A stretch of 64,000 bases of DNA, from NCBI GenBank assembly GCA_965153285.1, contig OZ229116.1; one strand, 5' to 3'. The notes beneath the pieces are model-generated. The model searched no databases and was not told where the DNA came from. It was given only the letters and a program-made list of their open reading frames with translations. Position 1 is the first letter of the stretch. Each line of letters starts with the position of its first letter. The stretch is from Podarcis tiliguerta. Its lineage: Eukaryota. This document shows, one piece after another, positions 22,101 to 31,189 of the stretch. A program made the position numbers and the translations under genes.

Positions 22101-23044
22101 GTACCGATATGTTTTCGAAAACCGAAAATTTGGGTATCAAATTAGTTGTAGAAGAATCTTGGTACAGAGAGATGTGAGCAACTGAAATTTGCATATTTAA
22201 TTCTCTCAAGGTCAGTGGGCTGCATCTCGGTAGTACAGCATCTGCTTAGCATCCAGAAATTCCTAGGTTCAATCACTGGCATATCCTGGAAGGAATGGGA
22301 AAGACATCTTTTTGGTAATCTGGAGAGATGTTCCCAGTCCATCTAGCTCAGGATTGTATGTGAAGGTTTTCACTCTGTAGAAGGCATCTTCTGATGTTCC
22401 CATGCTTTTACATAAACTGGATGGAAGGAAAGCTACTAAGTGATGAGCAGCAGAACAGTGTGTTTCAAGATCTTTTGAAAGGTGGCAGCTGGAATAAAAA
22501 GCACGAATAAAAAGCTAGCTCTGAGTAGGCAAATTACATGAGCAGCACAAGCAGAACAGTACCATCTTGTCAGTTTGAGGCAGGCTACATTGTTGCCATT
22601 TTGCTAGAAGAAATCGTACAGTATGTCTAAATTCTCCAGCCTAAGCTGATCTGTTTGTCTAATTCTGGGAAATGGTTGCACATGTTCTGAGATTTAACAT
22701 AAGCAGTAAAATCTGAAACTATCACAATGAAACACTTTGCTGGTATAAACAAGCATGGCTAATGTTCAGAATATACATTTGTTGTTTTTTAATGTAAAAT
22801 TCAGACCTGAGGCATTTAGCAAAACTGGCATCTCAGTGGAACTGCTGTGGGCTAGTTGAGGCAAGAAATTGCCTACTTCTTTTGAAAACAGTAACCGCTA
22901 CTTATTTCCTTCAGAAAACTCTCATGAAGTATTCATCATTGGTCCCTTTAAAAATGTCTCGCCCACCCCTTGTTTTCTTTCAGGGAGTATCTTGGAAAAC
23001 AGCTTCAGTCAGAGCAGCCTCAAACTGCCACAGCACGAAGCTGA
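706..23044 (+). CDS. ATP6V1H: V-type proton ATPase subunit H, 3' part of multi-exon gene (8 exons: 706-747, 6777-6874, 8380-8572, 9064-9242, 10294-10419, 12462-12563, 13824-13937, 22984-23044); 5' exons lie upstream of the window
   Basis: Spliced translation [39 protein letters not shown]...[19 protein letters not shown]...[43 protein letters not shown]...[19 protein letters not shown] is near-identical to vertebrate ATP6V1H as recalled; all introns are GT-AG and exon phases are compatible. Confidence 0.98.
2592..2732 (+). mobile_element. Old CORE-SINE (Squam3/MIR-like) 3' fragment
   Basis: gggtgaccttgggc..ctctcagcct..ctttgagctccttggag..gggatataaat..aataaataa. Confidence 0.6.
3645..4016 (+). 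mobile_element. Sauria SINE (Squam1), full length
   Basis: tRNA-like head (ggtggc..tggtctaaacc..ggtttgaatccc), family body, (ACCTTT)n tail; degenerate TSD core actttgctt. Confidence 0.85.
4122..4511 (-). mobile_element. L2-clade LINE 3' end with (TTA)n tail
   Basis: Reverse complement of the family at 50448-50688; decayed ORF2 end around [11 protein letters not shown]; (TAA)n at 4122-4171. Confidence 0.78.
5480..5582. mobile_element. Palindromic hAT-like MITE relic (related copy at ~1511-1600)
   Basis: agatgctgctggcctaca..tccc / ggagttgtagtccaccaacatct inverted arms. Confidence 0.5.
5599..6073. mobile_element. Tc1/mariner (Tigger/pogo-like) MITE
   Basis: TIRs cagtggtgccttggttctcaaa / rc ctgtggtaccttggttcttaaa; TA TSD on both sides. 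Confidence 0.8.
6777..6874 (+). CDS. ATP6V1H: ATP6V1H exon ([32 protein letters not shown])
   Basis: tgtag acceptor, gtgagt donor; 98 nt; read directly from sequence (not in ORF track). Confidence 0.96.
7011..7259. mobile_element. Tc1/mariner (Tigger-like) MITE
   Basis: TIRs cagtcgtacgttgga / rc cagtcataccatgga; TA TSD. Confidence 0.72.
8380..8572 (+). CDS. ATP6V1H: ATP6V1H exon ([12 protein letters not shown]...[11 protein letters not shown])
   Basis: ctag acceptor, gtgagt donor; 193 nt; ORF 8384..8605. Confidence 0.97.
9064..9242 (+). CDS. ATP6V1H: ATP6V1H exon ([15 protein letters not shown]...LGESVQDL)
   Basis: ttccag acceptor, gtaaat donor; 179 nt; ORF 9043..9246. Confidence 0.97.
10294..10419 (+). 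CDS. ATP6V1H: ATP6V1H exon ([20 protein letters not shown]...NYELL)
   Basis: tgcag acceptor, gtaagt donor; 126 nt; ORF 10154..10423. Confidence 0.97.
11595..12000. mobile_element. Tc1/mariner (Tc2-like) MITE, young and CpG-rich
   Basis: 27-bp TIR ccgtatttttcgccctataggacgcac with 2 mismatches; TA TSD; internal ~45-bp direct repeat. Confidence 0.87.
12184..12260 (+). mobile_element. Sauria SINE 3' fragment
   Basis: gcgagatgagcgcc..ccccagagtc..ggggtccctttacctttacc. Confidence 0.8.
12462..12563 (+). CDS. ATP6V1H: ATP6V1H exon ([33 protein letters not shown])
   Basis: tgtag acceptor, gtgtgg donor; 102 nt; ORF 12400..12594. Confidence 0.97.
13824..13937 (+). CDS. ATP6V1H: ATP6V1H exon ([37 protein letters not shown])
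   Basis: tgtag acceptor, gtatgt donor; 114 nt; ORF 13825..14184. Confidence 0.97.
14662..14800 (+). mobile_element. Sauria SINE, 5'-truncated
   Basis: Aligns to the 3' half of the 15490-15843 copy; ACCTTT tail. Confidence 0.82.
15490..15843 (+). mobile_element. Sauria SINE, near full length
   Basis: B-box ggttcgaatccc, family body, (ACCTTT)n tail. Confidence 0.87.
15951..16358 (-). repeat. Copia 3' LTR (408 bp)
   Basis: Direct repeat of 20732-21139; AATAAA on the minus strand at 16142-16147. Confidence 0.97.
16205..20482 (-). CDS. Copia gag-pol polyprotein (1425 aa): partial Gag, aspartic protease, integrase, reverse transcriptase, RNase H
   Basis: IIIDSGAT protease (aa ~299); WHRRFAH..C..C zinc region; [34 protein letters not shown] integrase core; [29 protein letters not shown]; DADWA, SSTEAEF, EDNQ, KHLDIRF, ADGLTK RNase H; no stops or frameshifts. 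Confidence 0.97.
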   Translation of the reverse strand: MALKHSFGCEPLACEKLTPSTWLAWSFHVELSLVGAGLWGVVQKPQKAAESTEVQKEEEQRVLAFLAENVDVHLLPLVQEARRPSAAWRALQEACEAGVGGLSRDVAAAMPEGAESQDGAESPAESSWEKLPREGGSKAAVVAAESCFDAEMSLSERPGEGPSLENPRPTRPTRGGAGYRPGSPRSAESGGAEESKSAEKPLPPKATTISCLREGVEKSSRGKPSTVEAFKVNHLAKVQIRSEDLRERSLVSMATERVATKATVKKANTGPSQVGSERGVVAMATQKCEHNNPLEIIIDSGATHTLVPSPNLLRDRKRVETDKFCVVADGSRKQLTATGLFYCPFLKHEVKAFAVPGLTNCLLSVHDLLTEGFQVSFAGDKCEFYKDGNHVYTVHAKDNLFTVNLSLSTGEEDAEDAKGQCVNVAPHNGCAHIWHRRFAHLGWAFLRKAPSLTEGCDFKSCDKFLDCNACKQSKIVTCSYPKSERRTTQPFELIHADLCGPMAVESLGKSRYSLILVDDFSRNSWTFALRTKAEAAKMIRDWITAVEVTYSAKVKAFQSDRGSEFTGCALQDFFREQGISHRLTAPYSPQQNGVAERKNRTVQEAVSAILWDSGLPQKFWSEAWKYVVHTQNRVYNSSVGNTPYFLLRGKKPKVNYFRVFGCEAWVLIPKALRRKGEPRAKKMIFVGYEPGSKAWRFAYPSGDQSRLVVSNSAEFCEQAGWERLHANPEVVIQQSYDSDAEEEDDEVVARDQGPEQQSPRQGQLRLPQRGEPRTPPLTRVKIEPKSEPSSPVEPAVRPKRRSRSEGEDAEVEEEEAVSPRVTLRRSARTRRPPDRYEASGVWVGSARCEPESFEDIQSLPEEEAAEWHKAMDKELKSMKDLGVFSLTELPPGKQAVGCRWVYRLKPTETGQPQYRARLVARGFSQKKGIHFTEVYSPTSRAETLRTLLACAAQRGWKVNHFDVDVAYLNSDLQEELYMKPPPGFETKRQDVVWRLHKSIYGLRQSARNWNMCLNEALEELGFRKSVADSCLYLKGSGEKQEQVLVFVDDLLFLAETDEQAEKFAKDLGKRFKLKQLGAVKTYLGVNVERTQDGSFLLSQRGKIEQLLQKMRMSDCAGVRSPMETNFVKDSQQGDSAVFENTEVFQSALGSLLYLSQWSRPDIAFAVNLLSREASNPSVHAWNGIKRVLRYLQETKDLCLRLPAQGEAKLVGHVDADWANLKDRKSVSGLVVKFGNSVVGWRSKKQSLIALSSTEAEFSALSEICTELEFYACLVQEICGVDCQPIRVFEDNQPCLRLAESGQFKARTKHLDIRFRNVCQSVQEGLVALKYCPSAKNLADGLTKPLSFQRHGEFCVGLGLGRPRVDSTLRSEARGGVGSSNEVNCYASALKGRDFLGRLPGNDVSRLECSLCAVKAKVSVCKLPAR
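16359..16370 (-). promoter_or_regulatory. Polypurine tract of the copia element
   Basis: GGCAAGAGGGGG on the minus strand immediately before the 3' LTR. Confidence 0.85.
20712..20731 (-). promoter_or_regulatory. Primer-binding site complementary to the anticodon arm of tRNAiMet (half-tRNA type)
   Basis: Minus strand AGGTTATGGACTTCAGCACG directly follows the 5' LTR; tRNAiMet contains CGTGCTGGGCCCATAACC; no TGG (CCA-end) start. Confidence 0.8.
20732..21139 (-). repeat. Copia 5' LTR (408 bp)
   Basis: No differences from 15951-16358 found by eye; TG...CA termini. Confidence 0.97.
22215..22400 (+). mobile_element. Old tRNA-headed SINE (related fragments at ~55410-55500, ~53333-53380, ~57445-57605)
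   Basis: Degenerate tRNA-like head (gtag..agcatctgctt.gcat.cagaa..cc.aggttcaatc.ctggcat) shared between copies. Confidence 0.5.
22984..23044 (+). CDS. ATP6V1H: ATP6V1H terminal coding exon ([19 protein letters not shown])
   Basis: tttcag acceptor; TGA at 23042-23044; matches the known C-terminus [19 protein letters not shown] with one substitution. Confidence 0.96.
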
Positions 23045-23338
23045 GTCTGTCCTTTGGCGGGAAATAACTGGAGTAACAATTGCTATCTTGAAGTGCGAGT
23101 AAGAAAATGATGTGATTGCAGTTTCTTTACTGCCTACCCTGCTATTGTGTAGATTTTTTCCCTGCTATTCTTCCAGTATTGTTTCCAGGGGTAAAAATTA
23201 ATCTAGTAAACAGTTTCTGGCAGTTTGCTAGCTGAAGCCCTTTAATATTGCAAAAATATACAAGAAATATAGCCTATATATGTTGCCTTTATTTTATGTA
23301 TTTATTGTCTCTAAATAAGAAAAAAAAGAACACAAAGC

Positions 23339-23344
23339 ATTAAA
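23339..23344 (+). terminator. Candidate polyadenylation signal (ATTAAA) of ATP6V1H
   Basis: ATTAAA ~295 nt after the stop, followed ~25 nt later by a GU/U-rich tract (tgtctctgtgttgcctgttctt). Confidence 0.45.
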
Positions 23345-25750
23345 GAATAATCATTCCATATCATTAATTGTCTCTGTGTTGCCTGTTCTTCACTTGGCTA
23401 TGAATAGTATTGTTCGGAAAGCAACATTTCAATTAATTTAGTTGACAGAATGATTGTTAAAGCTCCATATGAAAACAGTAAAAGACCAATTCTTCATCCC
23501 CACTGGTGATACCAAGTAGCTGGAACTCTGCACGTACATATTCTGAGCAATGGAAAGATTGTCGTGGCCACCAGTGTGAACCACACTCATGTGAGCTGTA
23601 GGCACGCGCCAATCACCCAATTAACTCCAGAAATCAAATGCAACAAACACCCTTAATTTGGTCATTAGTCTCCTTTTGTGAGTAAATAGCTTCCACCTGA
23701 TAAACATATCCTGCACTATCCTATTGCATTTTCAGAGAACTCCCAAACTTACCTAGTTTCAATGAAGGCAAAGAGCATCATTCTAAAGATAACAATAAAT
23801 TGAGGACTTTCTCATGTGGTATGACCATTAACTTGACCTAGGATGTCCCTGGAATCTCTTTTGTACCTTGGACTCTTAGGTCAAGCCTTTGTGGGGTGCA
23901 GGGTCGAATTCAGGGAGAGGCCCTTATAAGGTTTCCCTATCACGGTACATCTTCCATTCATTCTCCTTTTTGGAATGCTCCCACACAACTTCTCTTCAGA
24001 TGCTGTACTCCTGTGATAGACCATGGGAGATGACTTCTTTCTTCCCTCTGCTCAAGGTTTATCTAGATTCTTTCCTTGCCTCTTCCCTCCGTGGGTTCCC
24101 TTGCCTTTGCTTGTTGTGTTTCAGGACTGGAAAGATATCCAGTAGGGTCTTCTGTGAGAGGAAAACCTTTCTGTTTTTCAACCAAATTTGGCTCACCAGG
24201 AACCTGGAGATAGATGGTTGTGGAAAGGGATTTACAATGTGGTTGAACTATCAGCCCACCCCACTTAATACTACCTTTCTGATAGGCATAAGGATTGTTT
24301 TAATGAATTACTCCTCCTTTGCCAAAGTGTGTAATCCCAGCTAGGATCATGTATCTGTGCTTGTCAGAAATTCAGAGCTTTGGGTCTCAGCAATGCCACT
24401 CACCTTCCTCACGAGGACATGCAGCTATTGCATCTCACTTTCCTGACTTTTCTGCAACTTCTGTGTTTTCTCTGGCTCCAGTGAGATGGGGAAGTCTCTA
24501 TTTTGCATGTTAACATTTCCCACTTAATGGATTCTTTCATTTTTCCCATAGCAAAACTGGGTGTTTAAGACGTTGCCTCATAGTTCTGCATTAGGTGACT
24601 TTCCACCTCTAGTCTCCTCCCTCTATCACTGTAATGGTAACTAAGTGTATGGTCCAGGCAATGCATGGCTGAATTAGCCTGTGTAATGAATTTTCTCTAC
24701 TGTGTTTCTCTAGTGGCATTCCAAGGCACAAAGCCATTGTTGTTGCCTCTATATCACTGTATATTGACATAGTACCTTTATTGAGTTATAAATAAATTGC
24801 TATAATTGCAACAATGTTGTGGTCATTGCTGGCTCTCTGGATCAAGCATGCTAATATAGGTCAGTGCTAATTTTTCCCAAATAAACAAGGTAATCAAAGC
24901 AAGAGCAATGCCATATGTATGAGTTCAACTGTCTTCAGTAAAGATCCCAAGAGTAGTATTGCTTATTTCCCAAAATCAGCATTTTAGTGAATGCAAGTAT
25001 TAAGAGCTCAGCTGAATGAGTGTATGGGTGCACGTGACTAGCTTAATTGGTAACACTGGATGGTATAATATATTTAGAATTGTGAAATAATAATATTATT
25101 ATTAGATCCAAGAATTGTCATCTTCACAAAAAGAGACGTACTATAAATTTATTTTTCGTGTATCTCTCACCCCCTCCAAAATTAATGTCTCATTTTGCAT
25201 TATGTGAAATATGTTCAAAACGGTTGCTCTTGTATACTTCCTGGGGATATATGGATATATGAAAAGTGTGCACATTGGTAAACAAATATCTGTGTGCATG
25301 CCCAGTTTGAAGAAAAAAACCAGTAACAGAGGGTAGATATGTAATAACAGAGGGGAGAGAACATGCACACACCATGCAGATGCCATACTATTAAGGACCA
25401 CCCACTTTGGAATAAAGGAACACTGGTGTAGGCAGAAGACATTGTTTTGGGATCAGGAAAGCAAATTGGACATGCTTGCACCAACCACACACACACACTG
25501 AGCTACCCATTGTTCAAGAAATCACCCCTGCATAGACATAGCTGAAGTGAAACTGAGAAAATTTTCAGTAGCAAAAGTGAACAATCAATAAATTGCTATC
25601 TAATTGTATTGCCTGTTAGTTGCTTAGTGAATTAATGAATTGATACAGACCTTTATAATTTATTTTGGCGTTTGTAGCTGGCTGGTGTTAAGGGATGTTA
25701 ATCATTGTGCTTTGTATTAAGTACATTTAAGATTTATTAAGATTAAGTAC

Positions 25751-25916
25751 CAACATGAGTTTGACCAAACTTGAAGCTACCAACATGAGTTTGACCAAAC
25801 TTGAAGCTACCAACATGAGTTTGACCAAACTGCGGGAGGCAGTGGAAGACAGGAGTGCCTGGAGTGCTCTGGTCCATGGGGTCACGAAGAGTCGGACACG
25901 ACTAAACAACAGCAAC
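25751..25916 (+). mobile_element. 5'-truncated RTE/BovB 3' end with a 30-bp tandem triplication
   Basis: Matches the 3' end of the 32.5-kb element; (CAA)-type tail; 12-bp TSD AAGATTAAGTAC (25739-25750 / 25917-25928). Confidence 0.88.
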
Positions 25917-27586
25917 AAGATTAAGTACATGTATTGAGAAGTTTGAAGCAGTATACCTTTATTCCAGTTGGCATCAGTGGCGTATTTGAATTGATTTTAT
26001 GCATATGCTGTTACTGTTTTTAAATTGCTTCCATGTGCAATTGTGTCAACTTTTTGTGTATTTTATATATTTTCTACTATATTGTAAATCACTTTGGGAT
26101 GCCTCATGGCAAATGATTCATAAATGAGATAAATACTTCCACTAAATAGATCTTGAAAAACAGGTTACGCAGCAGAAGAAATGAAAAAAGACCTAGAACT
26201 TTGAGACTTTTGGATAGATATTGCAGTGGCTGGTGCACAGCCTAGGAATTTTATGCTGCTGTAAAGAGCTTCTGGGGTTGCCAGAGCCCATGACAAGCAG
26301 ATGTATTGCACTTGTCCAACTTGGCAGTTATAAATAAGAGACCAGAGTAGCCACAAGGGTGGCAGAACTTTCACTATTTCAAATGAATTTCAACCCCCTT
26401 TTCAAACAGGCCCTTTGTCTTTTCATTTCCCAATAGCCTTGGGGTACTTAAAATACTTCTATAATTCTTCGTAATCCATCCTAGAAGTTGGTTTGAAAAT
26501 CACTGAAGGTCTACTATGTATCGTACTTTGCCTAGCGGTATACTTGTGGCACAGCTCTCATATTGTACCTCTTCTGAATACAGCTATGAGGTCATATATT
26601 AAATGCTTGTTTGGGACAATTGAGTTTGTATGGTGCTACAATCATAGTTACGGACATATTATTGAAGCAATTAAATACTCTGTAGTTCACTCTACTGCAT
26701 TGCTTTAACTCTGAGGATGTTGAGAATACACTGATTTGTGTTAAGTTCATATTCCTTTTGTGTGTTTTTCCTGGTAAATGCTCTCCCATGACATGACCTC
26801 CCTGCCTGTGTGGAAAACTAGTCCATTTCTCTCTCAGAGTAACGAGCCAATTCTTGTGAACCAGGCCAAAGAAATATGTATTAAAGGATCTACGTGGTTT
26901 CCTTTTGGGAAAGATTAGTTAGTTGCAAGCAAATGACCCCTTTCTATTGTTAAAGCAGACACAATAGCCATGAGCTGAGTTTATATATCAGTACATTTAT
27001 TTATGTATTGTTTTCGCATGTAGGTTTGGTAAATTTATTAACAATGATCATTTCAAGACTGGAATAGGCCTTGATGGGAATGCTTTGAGTTGGATCCCAA
27101 AATGTCCCTCTGCCTCTCATGGAAAGGTGGTTTCTGAGCTTAGTGGAACAGTGGTCTGGGGAAAATTGACCCCAAATCCATAGAAGTTCTGTTTCTGCAA
27201 GCTCTTCTGAAATAATTTTTTCAATATCTCTCTCTCTCAACCTTTTTATTACCCACTGCAGCTTCTGTGCTATATCCTAGATCTTCCTTATCCAGTGTGC
27301 TTCTCATGCTGTGATATAGCACAACCCCAGATTATATTGTGGCACTGCACTGCGAGAATTCTTCTGGTAACACTTGCACAAAAGTCCACAGAGCCCTGGT
27401 AATAACTTTCTCCATCTGCTCATAGTTTGAAACCAAGACGTAATGAAGAAGAACAATGAAATCTCATCTACTGCTGTGTTCCATCCTCCATATATGGGAT
27501 CTAGAATGATGATTTTGAACAATACTGGTGAAACAGATGTCAGAAAGAGCCAACCTTAAACATTCTCCACTGGGTGCTTATATTTA

Positions 27587-27786
27587 NNNNNNNNNNNNNN
27601 NNNNNNNNNNNNNNNNNNNNNNNNNNNNNNNNNNNNNNNNNNNNNNNNNNNNNNNNNNNNNNNNNNNNNNNNNNNNNNNNNNNNNNNNNNNNNNNNNNNN
27701 NNNNNNNNNNNNNNNNNNNNNNNNNNNNNNNNNNNNNNNNNNNNNNNNNNNNNNNNNNNNNNNNNNNNNNNNNNNNNNNNNNNNNN
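27587..27786. other. Assembly gap (200 N)
   Basis: Run of N. Confidence 0.99.
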
Positions 27787-28128
27787 GTTTTAACAGCTTG
27801 TCCCAGACCCCTGCATTAACCTTGTTTGGGTTCTATGAGCCAAGGTTTCCAAAGGCAAACCGGCTTAATTTGATTTCAGGGTACTAGAAGGGAAATCACA
27901 GCTGTATGGCTGATAAAAGAGGACTGCTGTGTTTTGGTGGGGGAAAGAGACCCCTGGGAAAGCTATTAAGTCAGTGCTGGCATCAACAGAGCATTTTAGT
28001 TGTTTTTTAATGCAAATTCATCCAGGACTGTGAGCAGGAAGCCAGGTTTTCTGCATTCAGAAAACGTAAGGGCTCGGGTCTCAATTATATCACTAACATT
28101 TTTCTAGCTTATGAGCTAAGTTAGTAGT

Positions 28129-28721
28129 TGTCACAGAATGTGCCGGTCAGTCCAACGTTGGAGTTAACTCTTTATTAGCAAATGCATGATCTCCACAGAC
28201 TTGTCTGAGTATCAGGCGTAATGAGCACAGCAGCTCCTTCCCGGTGGATCTTCCTCCAGGAAATCAGTTGCTGAGGCTGAAGGTCCTCGCCTCTCCACAA
28301 CTGTCTAGGTCTCCTCCTCTCCAGGGCTTTCCCCAAGCAATTGGAGGCTGCATTTACATGCGGCTAATCTCTCCTGTGCCCTTTACATGCCTGGGAGACC
28401 AGGGAGAGGGCAGCTTGCCACAGCAAGAGGGGGTGGCACTTGGGCTTTTTCACCAGCCTAACTCATCTCTGCCTCTTGACCTCCCTCCTCCCACTTGCCA
28501 GCTTCAGCTTCTGATTCTGGACTTTTCTCCATCACAGACTCTCCCTGCTCACTCAACTCTCTTCAGCTTCTGACACCTCCTCCTACCCAGCTTCTCCCTC
28601 TTTTCCCTCTGACCGCTCATCATTGTCCCACCACCAATCCCTGGGCTCTGAACCTTCTTCCTTTAGTGGTTCCCCAGCTGGTTCCTCCCACCATTCCTCT
28701 ACATCCAACCAGACCATGACA
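28129..28721 (-). mobile_element. Solo LTR (593 bp, probably Gypsy-type) with decayed internal reading frame
   Basis: TGTCA...TGACA termini; perfect 5-bp TSD GTAGT (28124-28128 / 28722-28726); AATAAA on the minus strand at 28171-28176. Confidence 0.82.
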
Positions 28722-29870
28722 GTAGTATTTCAGACCCAGGATCACCTTTAACCCAGAGTAGAGTCCATAACATGATTGAATGGTACCCTTCCTTGTGGCA
28801 ACTCCTGCAGCCAAGCTGATGCCAAATGTATTGCTCTGCTCTCCTTTGGACCACATGAACAAGGGGGGTGGGCAGTCTTGTCTGGGCAGACCAGGACCTC
28901 CATACTGGGCAGGCATGCGCCCCAGAGAGGTCTCTTTGGTGCTGTTAATGCAGAAAAAACAACATAGGAGACAGCAGCCATGAGTTACCAGTCTCTGCAG
29001 CAGCAGCAGGCACTGTGATTCTCCAGTGGTTTGACTTCATCCCCAGAAGTGCACTCCATTGTTTCTCGAGACAGATGAATGCCAGCAAAACTGAGGCTAC
29101 CATCTTTCAAGGAGAAAAAGCTAGAAATGTTTCACCAGTTGGAACTAAAGTTGCCAGCTAGGGGAAATGAGCTCTGAGAAGAGACTGAGCCAACATTTCA
29201 GCTGTAATATGGATGAAGGCAGCTTTTGAAATTCGGTATGTAAAGTTCCCCTGCCCTTTCCCCTGTACAATCACACGCCAGTGTGAACTTTGAGAGTGGT
29301 CCTGTGGGTATTAAATATCTGTTTGCTGTTACTGTGTTATTAAACTGGAAACTGGCCTAAAGCTATTGAAAGGTCATAGCCCTGGAATAAAACACAGTGT
29401 AGATTTTGATTGGCAGGATGCTGGGTTCTATGCCATACTGGCAAGGAGCAGCCTGTTGCTGGAAATTACATAAGGGCTCCTGTAACCCAGCAGTAGAGCA
29501 ACCACCACACCAAAGGTTCTGGGCTCAGTCTCTGACATCAGGACGCCTTGCTGAAAGGCTAGACTGCTGCTGCCAGTCAGCATGGAAAACACAAAACCAG
29601 AAATGCCAGTCATTTGGGAATTTAGGAAACCGCCTTGTACTGTTTCAAAAACCAAACAAACCAAAAGCAACAACAGAAACAAAAACCCAGCCCTTTGAAC
29701 TCTGTGGTGCCTTACACTGGTTATAGTTTGCTGGGGTTTCATTTGTGGCTTATGCTATCTGGAGATGGTGGAGACTGAGCTTGGCATCTTTTGCTTGCAA
29801 GGCATGTTTTGGAGCAGAGTTCAGGCCCAATTTATATATGATGTGATCACAGGTAACATGCTAGCTCTTT

Positions 29871-30160
29871 GAAGCATTCCTCTTCATGTTCTGGGACACC
29901 GGGGGGAGGGGAGCTGCTCACAGCAGGAGGGGAAGACCACCACTTCTGCCTCTGATTCTAGACTGCTCTCTGCCACAGTCTCTTCCTGCTCACTAAACCC
30001 TGTTATGTCTTCAGTTTCTGACCCCTCCTCTTCCCAGTCTGCTCCCTCTGACCACTCATCGTCGTCCCACCACCAATCCCCTGGCTCCGAGCCTTCTTCC
30101 CTTGGGAGCTACCCAGCTGCTGCCTCCCACCATGCCTCTGCATCCAGCCTGTCCATGAGA
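29871..30160 (-). mobile_element. Partial second copy of the 28129-28721 LTR family
   Basis: Shared blocks such as tcccaccaccaatccc, ccttcttcc, cccagctg, cctcccaccat, catcca; internal deletion; left boundary approximate. Confidence 0.7.
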
Positions 30161-31028
30161 GATGTAGTAGAAACATGACCACGGCTTGCCTGCTAACTTG
30201 ACATCTCCCTGTCTGCTGGTCGCTGACATGTTATTGCAACACATAGAAGGGCAAATACACATAGTAAAGGCATGTCAAGATGATGGGCTCTGATTAAACC
30301 AGTTAAACAGGTAAATATTGTACCCTTATCCCACACAGCATATATACCAGGCCTCCAAAAGGAAATGCCATGTGAATGTAATCCTGAAATCACTGCTGTG
30401 CTGTACTAGATGCCAAAACACAGAAACCAGAAGGACAGTTAGAGAGTTTCAAAGCCACCTTTTGCATGCACTACAAGGAGATGTCTTGTAACCAAAAACA
30501 AAGATAATTTATTCAGAACAGACTGTGGGAATCTGCCATAATGTAGTAACAAGGAGTTCAATTATCCTTAAACCTGTAATTCATTGGCACACAAGGAAAC
30601 ATTCATTTGTTCTAACAGTTACTGATTGCTTTTTGTCTCATTAATTATAAGACCAGCACCATCTATCCTGTGCACCATTATATGACTTTGATTTTCTCCT
30701 GCCTTTCCCCCACTCTGTCTCCTTATGGCAACATTAGCCAATATATAGTATTTATAGTATTTATTATCTTTCTATCTTACCCTTCCTCCCAAGGGCATAG
30801 GGTGGCAAACAAGAAATGATAACAATAAAAACATTTTAAAACAATTCTAATACAGAGACGGACTAGAAGCAGAGATACATCTTAAATAAAATTGTTTCTC
30901 ATGTGGTTCCATACAGAGGCTTGACTTACAGTGGATTTCAAAGGTACTTAGTAGATTTTGCTTACCTCGTATGTGCTTTCAAAAAGTCTAATGACATTTT
31001 CAGTGCACACATATGGCAGCTGGGTAGT

Positions 31029-31189
31029 CATGGGTGTAGCCAGGGGGGTGCAGCTCCCCCCCCCCCAAAATCAAGCAAATAAATAAAAATACTTAACTAA
31101 CTGACCAATCACATTGCAGTTAATTCATTTATGCCCCTGCACAACATAAAGCATGCCCCCCCCCAACATAAATCATGGCTATGCCCATG
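31029..31189. mobile_element. hAT-type MITE
   Basis: TIR catgggtgtagcca / rc catgggcatagcca; 8-bp TSD tgggtagt/tgggcagt. Confidence 0.75.

Noticed and set aside
25748-25831. 30-bp direct repeats resembling a CRISPR-like array
   Set aside because: Head-to-tail with no spacers; sequence is part of an RTE LINE in a vertebrate genome
27528-27887. ORFs spanning N runs (also around 60391-60876)
   Set aside because: Artefacts of assembly gaps
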